A DNA stretch of 45,684 bases from Candidatus Methylomirabilota bacterium (GCA_046728035.1 JBKPDT010000240.1:1-45684), one strand, 5' to 3'; counted from the first letter of the stretch, positions 19,103 to 28,989 are shown. Numbers and translations: made by a program. Notes: generated from the sequence alone by a model not told the origin.

Positions 19103-20125
19103 CTATGTGAAGACGAGCAGCGGTTTGGTGCCGTGGGCGGGTGCCTCGGCGAGCGCCACGGCGTCGGCGAAGTGCTCGACGGCGATGGGCTGACCGGCAG
19201 GGATATCCAGGATCCCGTCCGTGACGAGCTTGCGAGCCTCGGTGAGCGTCGCCGCGACCTGCTCGGGAGGCGTGGTCACGATCCAGCGGAACAGCCAGAA
19301 GCCGCGCAGCTTCTTTGCCTCGTAGATGACCGACCGGGCGAACAACGGGATGGTCAGGGCCGAGGGATCGGTCTGGCGGTGGGTGGACAGCGCCCCGTAG
19401 ACGACGAGCTCGCCTTCGGGTGCCAGTGCCCGGAACACGTCGGCGCCGAGCTGACCGGCGACGCAGTCCAACGCCCTGCGCACGCCCTGGGTGCCGGTGA
19501 TCTCGTTGACCCGGGCGGCGAGGTCCTCGTCCTCGGTGCAGATGACCTCGGTGCCGCCCAGCTGGCGGATCTCGCTCACTGCGGCCCGGCGCCGGACGAC
19601 GTTGATCGTGGGGATGCCGCGATGGCGCGCCAGCTGCACCACGAGCTTGCCGACCGTCGAGCCCGCCGCCGTCTGCAGGAGCCACTCGCCGGGCTGGACG
19701 CCGATGTCGCGCACGAGCAACACCGCCGTCAGCGGGTTGGTGGTGAGCTGGCAGGCGGTGGAGTCATCCAAGCCCTCGGGCACCGCCAGGGCCTGGGAAG
19801 CGGGCACCACGATGCGCTCCTGCCAGGTGCCGGTGAAGAGCACGGTGACGACGCGCTGGCCCACCTCCACCGCATCTACGCCTGCTCCGACCGCCTCCAC
19901 CACGCCGATGCTCTCCGAGCCCAGCACGGTGGGGAACTCGGGCGTGTAGCCGTAGCGCCCGCGCAGGATGTGAAGGTCGCTGGCGTGGATCGGCGCGGCG
20001 TGCACGCGGACCAGGACCTGACCCTCCCCGGCCTCGGGTGAGGGCCTCGACTCGAGACTGAGCACGTCGGCCGGTTCACCGACGCGCTGGGCCACGAGCG
20101 CTCGCATGGTGTCGGGCTCGGACAT
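19103..20125 (-). CDS. MDR family NADPH oxidoreductase (enoyl-thioester reductase / quinone reductase-like)
   Basis: PIHASD, GRY, LQTAAGSTVG, DCVAG, LVVYGALS. Confidence 0.9.
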   Translation of the reverse strand: MSEPDTMRALVAQRVGEPADVLSLESRPSPEAGEGQVLVRVHAAPIHASDLHILRGRYGYTPEFPTVLGSESIGVVEAVGAGVDAVEVGQRVVTVLFTGTWQERIVVPASQALAVPEGLDDSTACQLTTNPLTAVLLVRDIGVQPGEWLLQTAAGSTVGKLVVQLARHRGIPTINVVRRRAAVSEIRQLGGTEVICTEDEDLAARVNEITGTQGVRRALDCVAGQLGADVFRALAPEGELVVYGALSTHRQTDPSALTIPLFARSVIYEAKKLRGFWLFRWIVTTPPEQVAATLTEARKLVTDGILDIPAGQPIAVEHFADAVALAEAPAHGTKPLLVFT

Positions 20126-20342
20126 GTCTGGTTCCTTGCCGGTCGCAGGGATCTGTCTGTGGGCGTGGTCTCGGCGACTACCGGGCCGGACGGGGCGTCC
20201 GGCCCCCGGCGACGCCTGTCATGACGCCTTGGGCGAGGCCGACCGACGATTCGTCGACGTCGGCGACGGCCGCCGTGCACCACCGTCGGGTGGACGGTGC
20301 GGTTCAGCCTGTGCCGACGCCCACGAGACGACGCGGTGGTGG

Positions 20343-20930
20343 TCAGGCCGGATCGACGACGTCCGACGCCTCGTGTACGAGCTTCGTGGTCGGCGTGGAG
20401 GAGATGTGACCGGTCTCCGCCAGCTCCCGCGCTGAAGGAACGGGATCGAGGTCGCCGAACAGCACATCGTCGGAGTACTCGGCATCCCTCGCAGTGGCGT
20501 CGCGCACCCACCAGGAAGCCTCGAGGGCGATCCCGTTGGGATCCGTGAAATAGATCGATCGTACGAAACCGTGGTCGATCACATCGGTGACCTCGCAGTC
20601 GTGCTCCTTGAGGCGCGACTGCAGCGCCTCGAGGGCCGCCTCGTCGGCGAGGTCGAGCGAGAGATGGTCGAACTGGATCGCCCGGGGGTCGGGGACCCCG
20701 GCCGGCTTCGAGAACATTGTCGGTGGAGCGCTCGCGTATTCGAAGAACGCAACCGTGCTGCCGGGGCCGATCTCGAAGAAGTAGTGACGGAAATCAGGCG
20801 TGCCGATCGTCGCCACCAGCCTGGCGCCCAGCACGCCGTGGTAGAAGCGCACGGTGGTATCCATGTCGCCGGTGATGAGCGCCAGATGATTGACGCCACG
20901 CCAGCGCGGTTTCCCGGTCGACGTCTCCAT
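20343..20930 (-). CDS. VOC/glyoxalase family protein
   Basis: GVNHLAL, FDHLSL, SIYFTDPNGIALE. Confidence 0.9.
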   Translation of the reverse strand: METSTGKPRWRGVNHLALITGDMDTTVRFYHGVLGARLVATIGTPDFRHYFFEIGPGSTVAFFEYASAPPTMFSKPAGVPDPRAIQFDHLSLDLADEAALEALQSRLKEHDCEVTDVIDHGFVRSIYFTDPNGIALEASWWVRDATARDAEYSDDVLFGDLDPVPSARELAETGHISSTPTTKLVHEASDVVDPA

Positions 20931-21124
20931 GTGCCCAGGCTATGACGCCCATTTGGGTAGGCCAAGGGCTACGCGGCAACGTCGAGGACCGCTCCTGGCG
21001 CTTCGTGAACGAAGGTCTGAGATGCCGATTCAGCCCCCGCCGGGCCGGTGGGGCTGGCGGTCCTCGCGTGTCCCGTCGGCCAGGGAGGCGGCGGACCGAG
21101 GAGCAGCCGCCGCTAACCGATTGC

Positions 21125-21673
21125 TCAGGGTGTGTAGGTCGCCAGGACGATCCCATTGCTGAGGACCCTCGAGTCCACGAGGTCGAACGTCGCTGCCGTG
21201 CCAGGGCGGTACAGCAGGTCGCTAACGTCGCTTGGTCCGACGAGCTGCGGATAGATCCACAGCTTGAGCTGGTCGAAGAGGCCGTGTTCGAGCAAGAGGC
21301 GCGAGACGTCACCGAAGCCGTACTGCACGATGTGGCCGCCGTCCTCGTCCTTGAGATCACGGACTTGGCCGACGACATCGCCCGCGATCACCTCGGTGTT
21401 CTTCCACTCCGGGTCGGTAAGCGTGGTCGAGACGACCACCTTGCGCATGGTGTTGATGCGATCCGAGAACCGGTCCCCAGAACGGCTTGACCACGCCGGA
21501 GCGAACACGTCGTAGGTGCGGCGGCCCATCAGAACGATGTCGCACGTCTCCAACAGCTCGGTCTGGATCGTGTCGCCTTCGTCGGAAGTGCCGCCCTTGA
21601 GCGAGGGCCACAGGTGAGGGCCCTCGACGACGCCGTCGAGCGTGATGTACGTGGAGTTGATCAGCTGCCGCAT
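21125..21673 (-). CDS. Dihydrofolate reductase family (RibD C-terminal) protein
   Basis: ITLDGVV, LMGRRTY, KVVVSTTL; start trimmed to ATG 21673. Confidence 0.9.
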   Translation of the reverse strand: MRQLINSTYITLDGVVEGPHLWPSLKGGTSDEGDTIQTELLETCDIVLMGRRTYDVFAPAWSSRSGDRFSDRINTMRKVVVSTTLTDPEWKNTEVIAGDVVGQVRDLKDEDGGHIVQYGFGDVSRLLLEHGLFDQLKLWIYPQLVGPSDVSDLLYRPGTAATFDLVDSRVLSNGIVLATYTP

Positions 21674-21794
21674 CGAATCGGTCCCTTCGTCTTCCATGCG
21701 CCGATCCCCGGGTGGGTCCCGGCCGGACGTCTTGACGTCTAGCCCCGAGCGGGAGACGTCGTCTTGAACGAAAACGACAGCTATGGCCACGGCC

Positions 21795-22499
21795 CTAGGG
21801 CTCGCCGACCGCGGGGGACACGATCTGGGACGCTGTCTGTCCAACGAAACGTTTGAGCGACCGGGTCAGATGGGGCTGGTCGGCGTACCCGGCTTGGCGC
21901 GCGGTGTCGAGTGCGGACACGCCTCGCGACAGCAGCTCGACCGCCCTGTCGGCTCGTCGGATCTGCCTGATCGTCCCTCGGGTCAGCCCCGTCGCCCGCA
22001 AGACGTGCCGTTCCACCGAGCGCGTGGACAGGCGCCTTTCGACGTCGCCGTGCAAGGCTGCCGACGCGACCGGGTCGTGCACCAGCAAACCAGCGCGAAC
22101 GAGCCTGTCGACGAAGACGTCGGCGTTGTCCGGTCCCGGAAGCTCCCATGCAGACCCGCCAACCCAGAACGACCTGTTGGTCGCCGGCGGCAACGTCAAT
22201 GCCCGGTCGACCAGTTGGCCTGGCTGCAGGGTCGGCATGAAGGTGGCGAGGCTGAACGCGATGCCGAAGAACGCCGCGTCCTGGGGGATCGGCACCGTCG
22301 TTGCCTTGGTCTCGGGCCCTCGCACGGTCAGCCAAGCCAGGCCCCTCTGCCGCGTGACGACCATCTGCCAGTGAGTCGTCGCCACCGAGATGAAGGACTC
22401 TTCCGGCTCACTACGTGTCCACCACGTCTCCTCGATGAAGCGCGAACCTGACGATCCCCTCTCCAGTGCGAACAGCTCGACGGCACGTTTCATGACCAC
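21795..22499 (-). CDS. AraC-type HTH regulator
   Basis: C-terminal AGYADQPHLTRSLKRFVGQT. Confidence 0.85.
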   Translation of the reverse strand: MVMKRAVELFALERGSSGSRFIEETWWTRSEPEESFISVATTHWQMVVTRQRGLAWLTVRGPETKATTVPIPQDAAFFGIAFSLATFMPTLQPGQLVDRALTLPPATNRSFWVGGSAWELPGPDNADVFVDRLVRAGLLVHDPVASAALHGDVERRLSTRSVERHVLRATGLTRGTIRQIRRADRAVELLSRGVSALDTARQAGYADQPHLTRSLKRFVGQTASQIVSPAVGEP

Positions 22500-22707
22500 T
22501 TCGACGGGCCGCGGTGGGTGAACTCATCGGTCGACACCGCAGGCCCGGCGTTGACTCGTGGTGAGTCCCGCATCGCGTTCGTGATCCGCTGGTTCGGGCC
22601 GGTTGCCATCCGCGGGCCGTGCCGCACCGACCGCCATGCTGGGTACGGTGCTGACCTGCATGCCAGCGCTCGTGCTGCGTGTTCTGAGCCCTGTCTAGGT
22701 TGTTGGC

Positions 22708-23523
22708 ATGCCGCTTCCCTTTGTGACCGACCCGCTCGTCCAGGTGACCCTTCCTACAGGTGCGACGGTCGGGGTGACCGACTCGGGAGGTGACGGACCG
22801 GTCATCGTCTTCAGCCACGGGCTGCTCATGAACCACACGATGTTCGCCCCGCAGGTCGAGGCCCTGCGTGACGCCTATCGCGTCGTGACCTGGGACGAGC
22901 GCGGGCACGGCGAGGCCGAGCACAGCGGCTCGTGGTCGTACTGGGATAGTGCTGACGACGTGCTTGCGCTGCTCGATCACCTCGGGGTTCACGAGGCAGT
23001 TCTGGCAGGGATGAGCCAGGGCGGCTTTCTGTCACTGCGTGCGGCTTTGCGGGCACCGGAGCGAATCCGCGCGCTGGTGCTTCTCGACACGCAGGCTGGC
23101 GTGGAAGACCCGGCGGTGGTGCCGCTGTATGAGGGCATGGCCGCAGCGTGGGGCGCTGAGGGACCGTCGCAGGACACGCTCGACTTCGCCGCGGCCGAGA
23201 TCCTCGGTCCGGGCGCCGACGACCAGTCGTGGAAGGAGCACTGGGCCGCGATGCCCTGGCACCGGTGTCCGCAGATCATGCGCACGCTCCTGACCCGGGA
23301 CGACCTGACCGACCGGCTCGGGGAGATCACCTGCCCGGTGCTGGTGGTGCACGGCGACGCCGACGCGGCCATCCCGGTCGAGAAGGCCCAGGCCCTTGTC
23401 GAGGGCCTGCCGGGAGCCGTGCCGCTGGTGCTGGTGTCCGGCGGGGGCCATGCCGCCAACCTCACCCACCCGGAGCCCGTCAACGCGGCACTGCGGGCCT
23501 TCCTCGACGGGCCCCGGGACTGA
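22708..23523 (+). CDS. Alpha/beta hydrolase
   Basis: HG, DERGHG, GMSQG, HGDAD, GGHAAN (catalytic triad present). Confidence 0.92.
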   Translation: MPLPFVTDPLVQVTLPTGATVGVTDSGGDGPVIVFSHGLLMNHTMFAPQVEALRDAYRVVTWDERGHGEAEHSGSWSYWDSADDVLALLDHLGVHEAVLAGMSQGGFLSLRAALRAPERIRALVLLDTQAGVEDPAVVPLYEGMAAAWGAEGPSQDTLDFAAAEILGPGADDQSWKEHWAAMPWHRCPQIMRTLLTRDDLTDRLGEITCPVLVVHGDADAAIPVEKAQALVEGLPGAVPLVLVSGGGHAANLTHPEPVNAALRAFLDGPRD

Positions 23524-23628
23524 GGACGTTCGACCTCACGATCCCGAGCCTGTCCCCTCAGTGCCACACGGCGTCGGTTGCGATGCGTCCACCTGCCGGC
23601 GGTCGGGGACGCAGGGCGACGGGTGGTG

Positions 23629-24702
23629 TCAGCTGGCGCCGGCGGCGCGGAGCTCACCGATCAGTTGAGCCTTGGAGGGGTACAGGTGGGCGGGAAGGGC
23701 TGCGGCGCCGGCACGGTCGCGCAGCTCCTCGCCGTCGAGGACGTCGAGGTCGTCCGTCGGCGGGGCGAGTTCGGCGAGGCCGCCGGCCGGCTTCTCGTCG
23801 CCCGTCTCGTGCCAGAGGTGCCAGTACGCCCCCATGCGGTCGGCGTACCTGCTCGGCTTCTCGGCGTAGAGGCGGGCGCCCAGGCTCATGGCCCGGCGTT
23901 CCAGCTCGGCGCGTCGCGTGTCGGCCAGCTCGCAGACGGCCCGGATCTGGGCCTCGCCGCCGAATCGGTCGGGCGACGCCCGGACGCGACCGGTGAGCAC
24001 GACAAGGTCATGGGCGTCGCCGAGGGCGTCGGAGAGGTTGTGGAACCGGTCCTCGAGCGGCTCGAGGATCGAGGGGGCGGCGTCACTCAGCAGCCGGACG
24101 TGGTACCAGGCGTCCTTGGCCCGCTTGCGCCACTCGTGCATCACGGTCGGCTCGCGGTCGCGGCGGGCGTCTGCCAGCGCCCGGCGGCCGGCGCGGTAGG
24201 TCATCTCGACGCCGGACCCGACGGCCGCCCACCCGTGAGCGTTGACGTTGGCGCGGGCGACGTGCCGGCGGCCCGCCCGGAAGAGGTCCGCCGCGCGCTC
24301 ACCCCGGGGCCGCCCGTCACCAGCCCGCGTGGCCTCCTCGGCGAGGCCGGCGAACCCGGCGCGCACGGCGCCCACCCCACCCTCCGGTAGCCGGTCCGAC
24401 GAGGCCACGATCAGGGCGTCGAAGGTGGCCAGAGCGGCCTGGGCATCGCGGAGCCCAGACAGCTCGCGCCCAGCGTCGCGGAACGACTCGTTCGCCGGCC
24501 CGTAGGCCTTACCCAACGCCGCCCGGACGAGACGGATCAACCCGCGCAGCTTCTTGGCTCGCTTCCGGCAGTCGTGCACCGCAGCCACCAGGCCGCCACC
24601 ACTGGCCTGCTCCAGAGCCGAGACAGCCCGTTCGACCTGCTCGTCGGTGATCCGTTGGACGGCTTTCGGAACCGTCTCGTCGACATCGAACGCGTACGCC
24701 AT
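23629..24702 (-). CDS. CHAD domain protein with C-terminal Rho-N-like motif
   Basis: VHDCRKRAKKLRGL, RD, HEWRKRAKDAWY, LGDAHDL; start trimmed to MAYAFD. Confidence 0.88.
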   Translation of the reverse strand: MAYAFDVDETVPKAVQRITDEQVERAVSALEQASGGGLVAAVHDCRKRAKKLRGLIRLVRAALGKAYGPANESFRDAGRELSGLRDAQAALATFDALIVASSDRLPEGGVGAVRAGFAGLAEEATRAGDGRPRGERAADLFRAGRRHVARANVNAHGWAAVGSGVEMTYRAGRRALADARRDREPTVMHEWRKRAKDAWYHVRLLSDAAPSILEPLEDRFHNLSDALGDAHDLVVLTGRVRASPDRFGGEAQIRAVCELADTRRAELERRAMSLGARLYAEKPSRYADRMGAYWHLWHETGDEKPAGGLAELAPPTDDLDVLDGEELRDRAGAAALPAHLYPSKAQLIGELRAAGAS

Positions 24703-24877
24703 ACCGGACCCCTTCCCGCTGCCACGCCCAGTAACCGCGACGAGTGGACCAAGCCGATCGCCGAGCGGTGACCGGACCCGCGTCCGGCGATCGGGGTCAT
24801 GCCGCTGCGGGCAACTCTTATGGGATTGCCTCAGGCACGGCTCGCGCATCGCGAGCGATGAGGGTGGGCCTCGCAGG

Positions 24878-25660
24878 TCATGGGCGTACTGGCTGGCCGA
24901 TGCCGAGCAGGTTGCCCTCACTGTCGCGGAACCACGCTGCCCGCTCGCCGGAGGCACCAGTCGACGGATAGTTGCCGTCGACCTCGGCGATGCCGTCGAT
25001 CGTCCTCAGGCCGGGCAGGTCGACCTCCTCGAAGCGGACGCCGCGCTGGCGCAACTCGCGCACGGTCTCATCGAGGTGGTCGACCTCGAACGCGAGCTGC
25101 GTGTGTTCCCCGGAGGGCCGGCCCGTCGATTCGAACAGGGAGAACGAGCCGACCGCACCCTCGTAGCGCAGGCCGCCGGGCCGCTCCTCGATCGGCTCGA
25201 GCCCGAGTGCGTCGGCGTAGAAGCGCCGGGCCCGCGCCAGGTCCTGGGCGGGTAGGCGGCCCGAGAACCTGGCGCGAGCCAGGACGCTCGGCCGGCCCCG
25301 CGCCGCCCAGTAGGCGTCGGTCAGCTCGATGATCTGCAGGCAATTGCCATCGGGGTCGAGCAGCGCCGCGAACCAGGCGTCGCCCCGGAGCTCGAGTTCG
25401 GCGACCCAGGTGACGCCGAGCCCGTCGAGGTGAGCGACGGCCGCCCGGGCGTCGTCGACGTGGAGGTTGAGGATGACGCGGCCGGGTTCGACGCAGGAGT
25501 CGGCGACGTCGTCGCGGCGGTCGACCAGCACGGCGACGCCGCCGAACACGAGGAACCCGTCGGGGTTTGGCGTCGCGTCGAAGGCTCGCTGGTACCACCC
25601 TCGCAGCCCGTCCGGGTCCCTGGAGGCCAGGAGAATGCTGGCAAGTGCGGGTGTAGACAT
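24878..25660 (-). CDS. Tandem VOC/glyoxalase domain protein
   Basis: Two VOC units ending LLDPDGNCLQI and WFRDSEGNLLGI; GGAG RBS before ATG 25660. Confidence 0.85.
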   Translation of the reverse strand: MSTPALASILLASRDPDGLRGWYQRAFDATPNPDGFLVFGGVAVLVDRRDDVADSCVEPGRVILNLHVDDARAAVAHLDGLGVTWVAELELRGDAWFAALLDPDGNCLQIIELTDAYWAARGRPSVLARARFSGRLPAQDLARARRFYADALGLEPIEERPGGLRYEGAVGSFSLFESTGRPSGEHTQLAFEVDHLDETVRELRQRGVRFEEVDLPGLRTIDGIAEVDGNYPSTGASGERAAWFRDSEGNLLGIGQPVRP

Positions 25661-25779
25661 GCCGTTCTGACTCCCAAGGGCCGCCGAACTCATCGGCGAC
25701 CCGTCACCCTCGACCCGGCGGTTAGGGGCAGCGCTCGCTGATCCACGTGGCCTCTCTGTCCGGATGACCGTCCTCGCGG

Positions 25780-25990
25780 AGGCACCGCTCCCGACGCACC
25801 ATGACACTGTCGCCAGCCTGGTTCGAGACGGTGCCATCTCGGCCTTGATGGTCAGCGTGTGCTGCCCATCGCCAAGGGCCATGGACGAGATTCCGACGGG
25901 GTCGTCAATCGCCTGTCGTTGACCCTCACGAGCCAGGGGTGCCGGCGTGCTTGGCCGAGTCCGCAGGCTGGTGAATCCCCTACCACCGTC
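25780..25990 (-). pseudogene. DUF1905 remnant
   Basis: IDD..ISSMALGDGQHTLTIKAE resembles the DUF1905 core; heavily degraded, boundaries approximate. Confidence 0.5.
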
Positions 25991-25999
25991 AGGCTGTGC

Positions 26000-26310
26000 G
26001 GTAGCGAAGGAGCACGATGCCCGAACGGAAAGGGCTGGGTCTCCACGAGACGCAACTTCGGAGCCCCAGTTGCGTCGGCAAACAACCGCTGTCCGCGCCC
26101 CGAGCGCCACCGGGTACATCAACAGCCGGAACTCATCCACTAGCCCGGCGGCGATGAGATCCCGCACCAACCTGATCCTGCCGGTGGTCACGATGTCACC
26201 GCCCGGCTTGGACTTCAGCGCCCGGATCTCGTCGACAGGCCGACCTCGCAGCACGGTGGTCTGCTCCCAATCAGGGTCTTGGAGGGCGCTGGACACGACG
26301 CATTTCGACA
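26000..26310 (-). pseudogene. Dihydrofolate reductase family C-terminal fragment
   Basis: KCVVSSALQDPDW...GGDIVTTG..LVRDLIAAGLVDEFRLLMYPVALG, then a frameshift. Confidence 0.75.
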
Positions 26311-26334
26311 CCACGACGCCATCGCGGACGACGC

Positions 26335-26535
26335 GCGTTCGCGCGCACCCCTGTCGTCGGTCACCGCGCGCACTCTGGTGCTCCACGGGACCGCGGATCC
26401 CATGTTCCCGCCGGAGCACGGCGGGGCCCTGGCCGCAGAAATCCCCGGCGCGAGGCTGCTGACGCTCCAGGGGCCGGCCACGGCGTCGATCGATCCGACT
26501 GGACGATCATCCTCCGCGCCATCGAGGAGCACACG
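26335..26535 (+). pseudogene. Alpha/beta hydrolase C-terminal fragment
   Basis: TLVLHGTADPMFPPEHGGALAAEIPGARLLTL. Confidence 0.7.
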
Positions 26536-26539
26536 GCCC

Positions 26540-26895
26540 GAATCGATCATGCTCGCGGACGCTGACCCGGAGCGCGGACCATGCGCTCGCTCGGGTCTGT
26601 ACCAACGCGGAAGGACTCCCCGAACTTCGCGGTCGCGAGCTCGGTTCCCGCGCATCTACTTCGCGGTGAAGGAGTTGACCGCCGCCGAAGAGGCAAGGAT
26701 CGGCGCGCTCGTGAACCCGGTGACCTCCCCCGGAGCAGGGGCAGCTCCACGAACTGGCGTCCGTCAGCAACGCGAGTGACGCTGAGCGACGCCAGAACCC
26801 GGTGACGTCCCCCCGAGCACGGGCAGCCCCACGAACCGGCGTCCGTCAGCAACGCACGTGACGCTGAGCGACGCCAGAAGCGAGAGGTGAGCTGA
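26540..26895 (+). pseudogene. DUF1801 remnant interrupted by a repeat insertion
   Basis: FAVKELTAAEEARIGALV[164-bp insert]KREVS* resembles the typical DUF1801 C-terminus. Confidence 0.6.
26716..26879. repeat. Two tandem 82-bp imperfect repeats
   Basis: cccggtgac...gcgtccgtcagcaacgc..gtgacgctgagcgacgccagaa at 26716-26797 and 26798-26879. Confidence 0.85.
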
Positions 26896-27095
26896 GGACT
26901 GAGCTTCACCAGGTCGCCGGCGCCTACGAGTGGTAACAGCGAACGACCCGCGCCACGTTCAGTGCAGGAGGCTCGACCATGCCCTCGGCCTCCTCGCAGG
27001 CAGAAGGAGAACGACGATCGACGGGCGCAGGCACCACGCGCTTGCGGTATCACGGGGGGCCGACACGAGCGGCGCGAGGCGAATGGAGGCAACCG

Positions 27096-27332
27096 ATGAC
27101 GAGCGAGCCCACGAACGAGTCGACCGCGTCGACCGGCGCCGGAGGCGCACCGGCGATGCCTGCCGTGGTCGACCGGGCCACGTGGCAGGCTGAGATCGAC
27201 GCGCTGCGCGTTCGGGAGGAGGCCCACACCCGAGTAGGTGACGCAATCGCTGCCGCTCGGCGACGGCTGCCGATGGTCGAGATCGACCCCACCGTCACGC
27301 TCATCAGTGGGGACGGCCCGGTCACGCGATGA
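27096..27332 (+). pseudogene. DUF899 family protein, truncated
   Basis: GGAGG RBS; VVDRATWQAEIDALRVREEAHTRVGDAIAAARRRLPMVE; ends after GPVT. Confidence 0.75.
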
Positions 27333-28084
27333 ACGGCACGCGCGTATCAATCAACGGCATCGACCTCTATCACGAGGTCCACGGGACGGGCCGACCGCTC
27401 GTCGTGCTGCACGGCGGCGCACTGAACGCCGAGACGTGCTTCGGGGCGATGATCCCCCGGCTGGCCGAGGCGCATCAGGTGATCGCCGTCGACCTCCAGG
27501 GTCATGGCCACACCGCCGACACCGATCGACCCGTGACGCTTGCCAACTTTGCCGCCGACGTGGTCGGTCTCCTCGATCACCTGGGCATCGACCAGGCCGA
27601 TCTGTTCGGTTTCAGCCTCGGGAGCCTGGTGTCGATCGAGATGGCGGTCACGTACCCGGCGCGGGTCGGTCGGCTCGTGCTCGCCTCGGGTCACATCCGC
27701 GCCGACGGGTATCACCCCGAGATCCAGGCGCCTGAGCAGACCTCGCCGTTGCTCCCGACCGAGGAGGACTTCGAGGCGATGCGGGTGGCGTACGAGGCGG
27801 TCGCCCCCGACCCTGAGCAGTTCTTCCCGTTCCTGGAGAAGATGCAGCCGGTGGTGTCGGAGTTCGTGGGCTGGTCTGACGCTGCGATCGGTGGCATCGG
27901 CGGGCCGACGCTGCTCATCGTCGGTGACCGGGACTTCGTGCGCCTGGAGCACGCCGCGCTGATGCTCGAGCTTTTTCCCGATGCCCAGCTGGCGGTGTTG
28001 CCCGGCACGACCCACGTGCAGGTGATTCGGCGTACTCAGGCCCTGCTCGCGCTCGTCGAGCCGTTCCTCGACGGGAGGCCGTAG
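27329..28084 (+). CDS. Alpha/beta hydrolase
   Basis: LHGG, DLQGHG, GFSLG, GDRD, LPGTTH. Confidence 0.92.
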   Translation: MNGTRVSINGIDLYHEVHGTGRPLVVLHGGALNAETCFGAMIPRLAEAHQVIAVDLQGHGHTADTDRPVTLANFAADVVGLLDHLGIDQADLFGFSLGSLVSIEMAVTYPARVGRLVLASGHIRADGYHPEIQAPEQTSPLLPTEEDFEAMRVAYEAVAPDPEQFFPFLEKMQPVVSEFVGWSDAAIGGIGGPTLLIVGDRDFVRLEHAALMLELFPDAQLAVLPGTTHVQVIRRTQALLALVEPFLDGRP

Positions 28085-28090
28085 CCAGCG

Positions 28091-28492
28091 TCAGCGGAAC
28101 CGACCGTCGCAGACCTCGCAGTGCCCGGCGTGGGACGTCTCGAGGACCCTGACAACGTCTCGGCGCACCCGGCGGAGCTCGACGAGCTTGGCGTCGATCC
28201 GCTCCAGGACCTGCTCGAAGCGCCACCGCTCGCTGGCGCAGGTGGCGTCACCCGTATCGAGGCGGCCGAGGGCATCGACGACCTCTTCGAGGGTGAACCC
28301 GAGCGCTTGCAGCGACTTGGTGAGCCGGATCCGCTCGACGGTCTCGTCCGTGTAGCTGCGGTAGCCCGACGGCTGCCGCTCGGCCGGCGGCAGCACTCCG
28401 CGGCGTTCGTAGAAGCGGACGGCGTCGACGGTCACGCCCGCCCGCGTGGCAACCTCACCGATCTTCAACCATGCCGTCGACACGGCCACCAT
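28091..28492 (-). CDS. MerR family regulator (metal-responsive type)
   Basis: IGEVATRAGVTVDAVRFYERRGVL, SGYRSY, LGFTLEEV; Cys in DATCAS and GHCEVC. Confidence 0.92.
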   Translation of the reverse strand: MVAVSTAWLKIGEVATRAGVTVDAVRFYERRGVLPPAERQPSGYRSYTDETVERIRLTKSLQALGFTLEEVVDALGRLDTGDATCASERWRFEQVLERIDAKLVELRRVRRDVVRVLETSHAGHCEVCDGRFR

Positions 28493-28498
28493 GGTGCC

Positions 28499-28530
28499 TT
28501 GACTCTGGAGTGCAGTCCAGGGTTTACGGT
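28499..28530 (+). promoter_or_regulatory. MerR-type promoter with dyad operator
   Basis: TTGACT-20 bp-TACGGT with palindrome ctggagtgcagtccag (28505-28520) in the long spacer; ATG follows 6 nt after the -10. Confidence 0.8.
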
Positions 28531-28536
28531 CAGGTC

Positions 28537-28989
28537 ATGACCGAACACACTGCTGCCACAACCCCGCCGATCGTCTGCGACATGACCGACGCCCGCGACA
28601 CCGCCGCCGACCGCATCGCCGAGTACGAGCGCCTCTTCAGCGAAGCCCTCGTCGGCCGCGAACGCACCGATGAGGGCATCCGGTTCCGCTTTCGCGCCGA
28701 TCCGGGTGTCGAGGACTGGGTCCGTGACCTCGCTGCCCGCGAGAAGGCGTGCTGTGCCTGGCGCGAGCTCGACATCGCCGTGCAGGACGGAGAGGTCTGG
28801 TGGGACGAGCGTGCCCTCGAGGACGAGATCGCCCAGCAGTTCCTGGAGGACTTCTTCGGCCTCCCCGACATGATCAGCGCTGGTGCTGCCGCAGTGATGG
28901 AGCACTTCGCCGGGGACGGCCAGCACGTGATGGTGCGCGACAACGGCACGCTGCGGCCCGCCACGCCAGCCGAGCTCGGCCTGACCTGA
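28537..28989 (+). CDS. Hypothetical Cys-motif protein, probable MerR target
   Basis: PIVCDM and REKACC motifs; leaderless start behind the MerR promoter. Confidence 0.8.
   Translation: MTEHTAATTPPIVCDMTDARDTAADRIAEYERLFSEALVGRERTDEGIRFRFRADPGVEDWVRDLAAREKACCAWRELDIAVQDGEVWWDERALEDEIAQQFLEDFFGLPDMISAGAAAVMEHFAGDGQHVMVRDNGTLRPATPAELGLT

Noticed and set aside
24878-26419. 513-aa DHFR-VOC fusion ORF
   Set aside because: Read-through of pseudogene fragments in GC-rich DNA; the real VOC gene starts at 25660 with its own RBS.
26713-26879. CRISPR array
   Set aside because: Two adjacent 82-bp units with no unique spacers and no cas genes.
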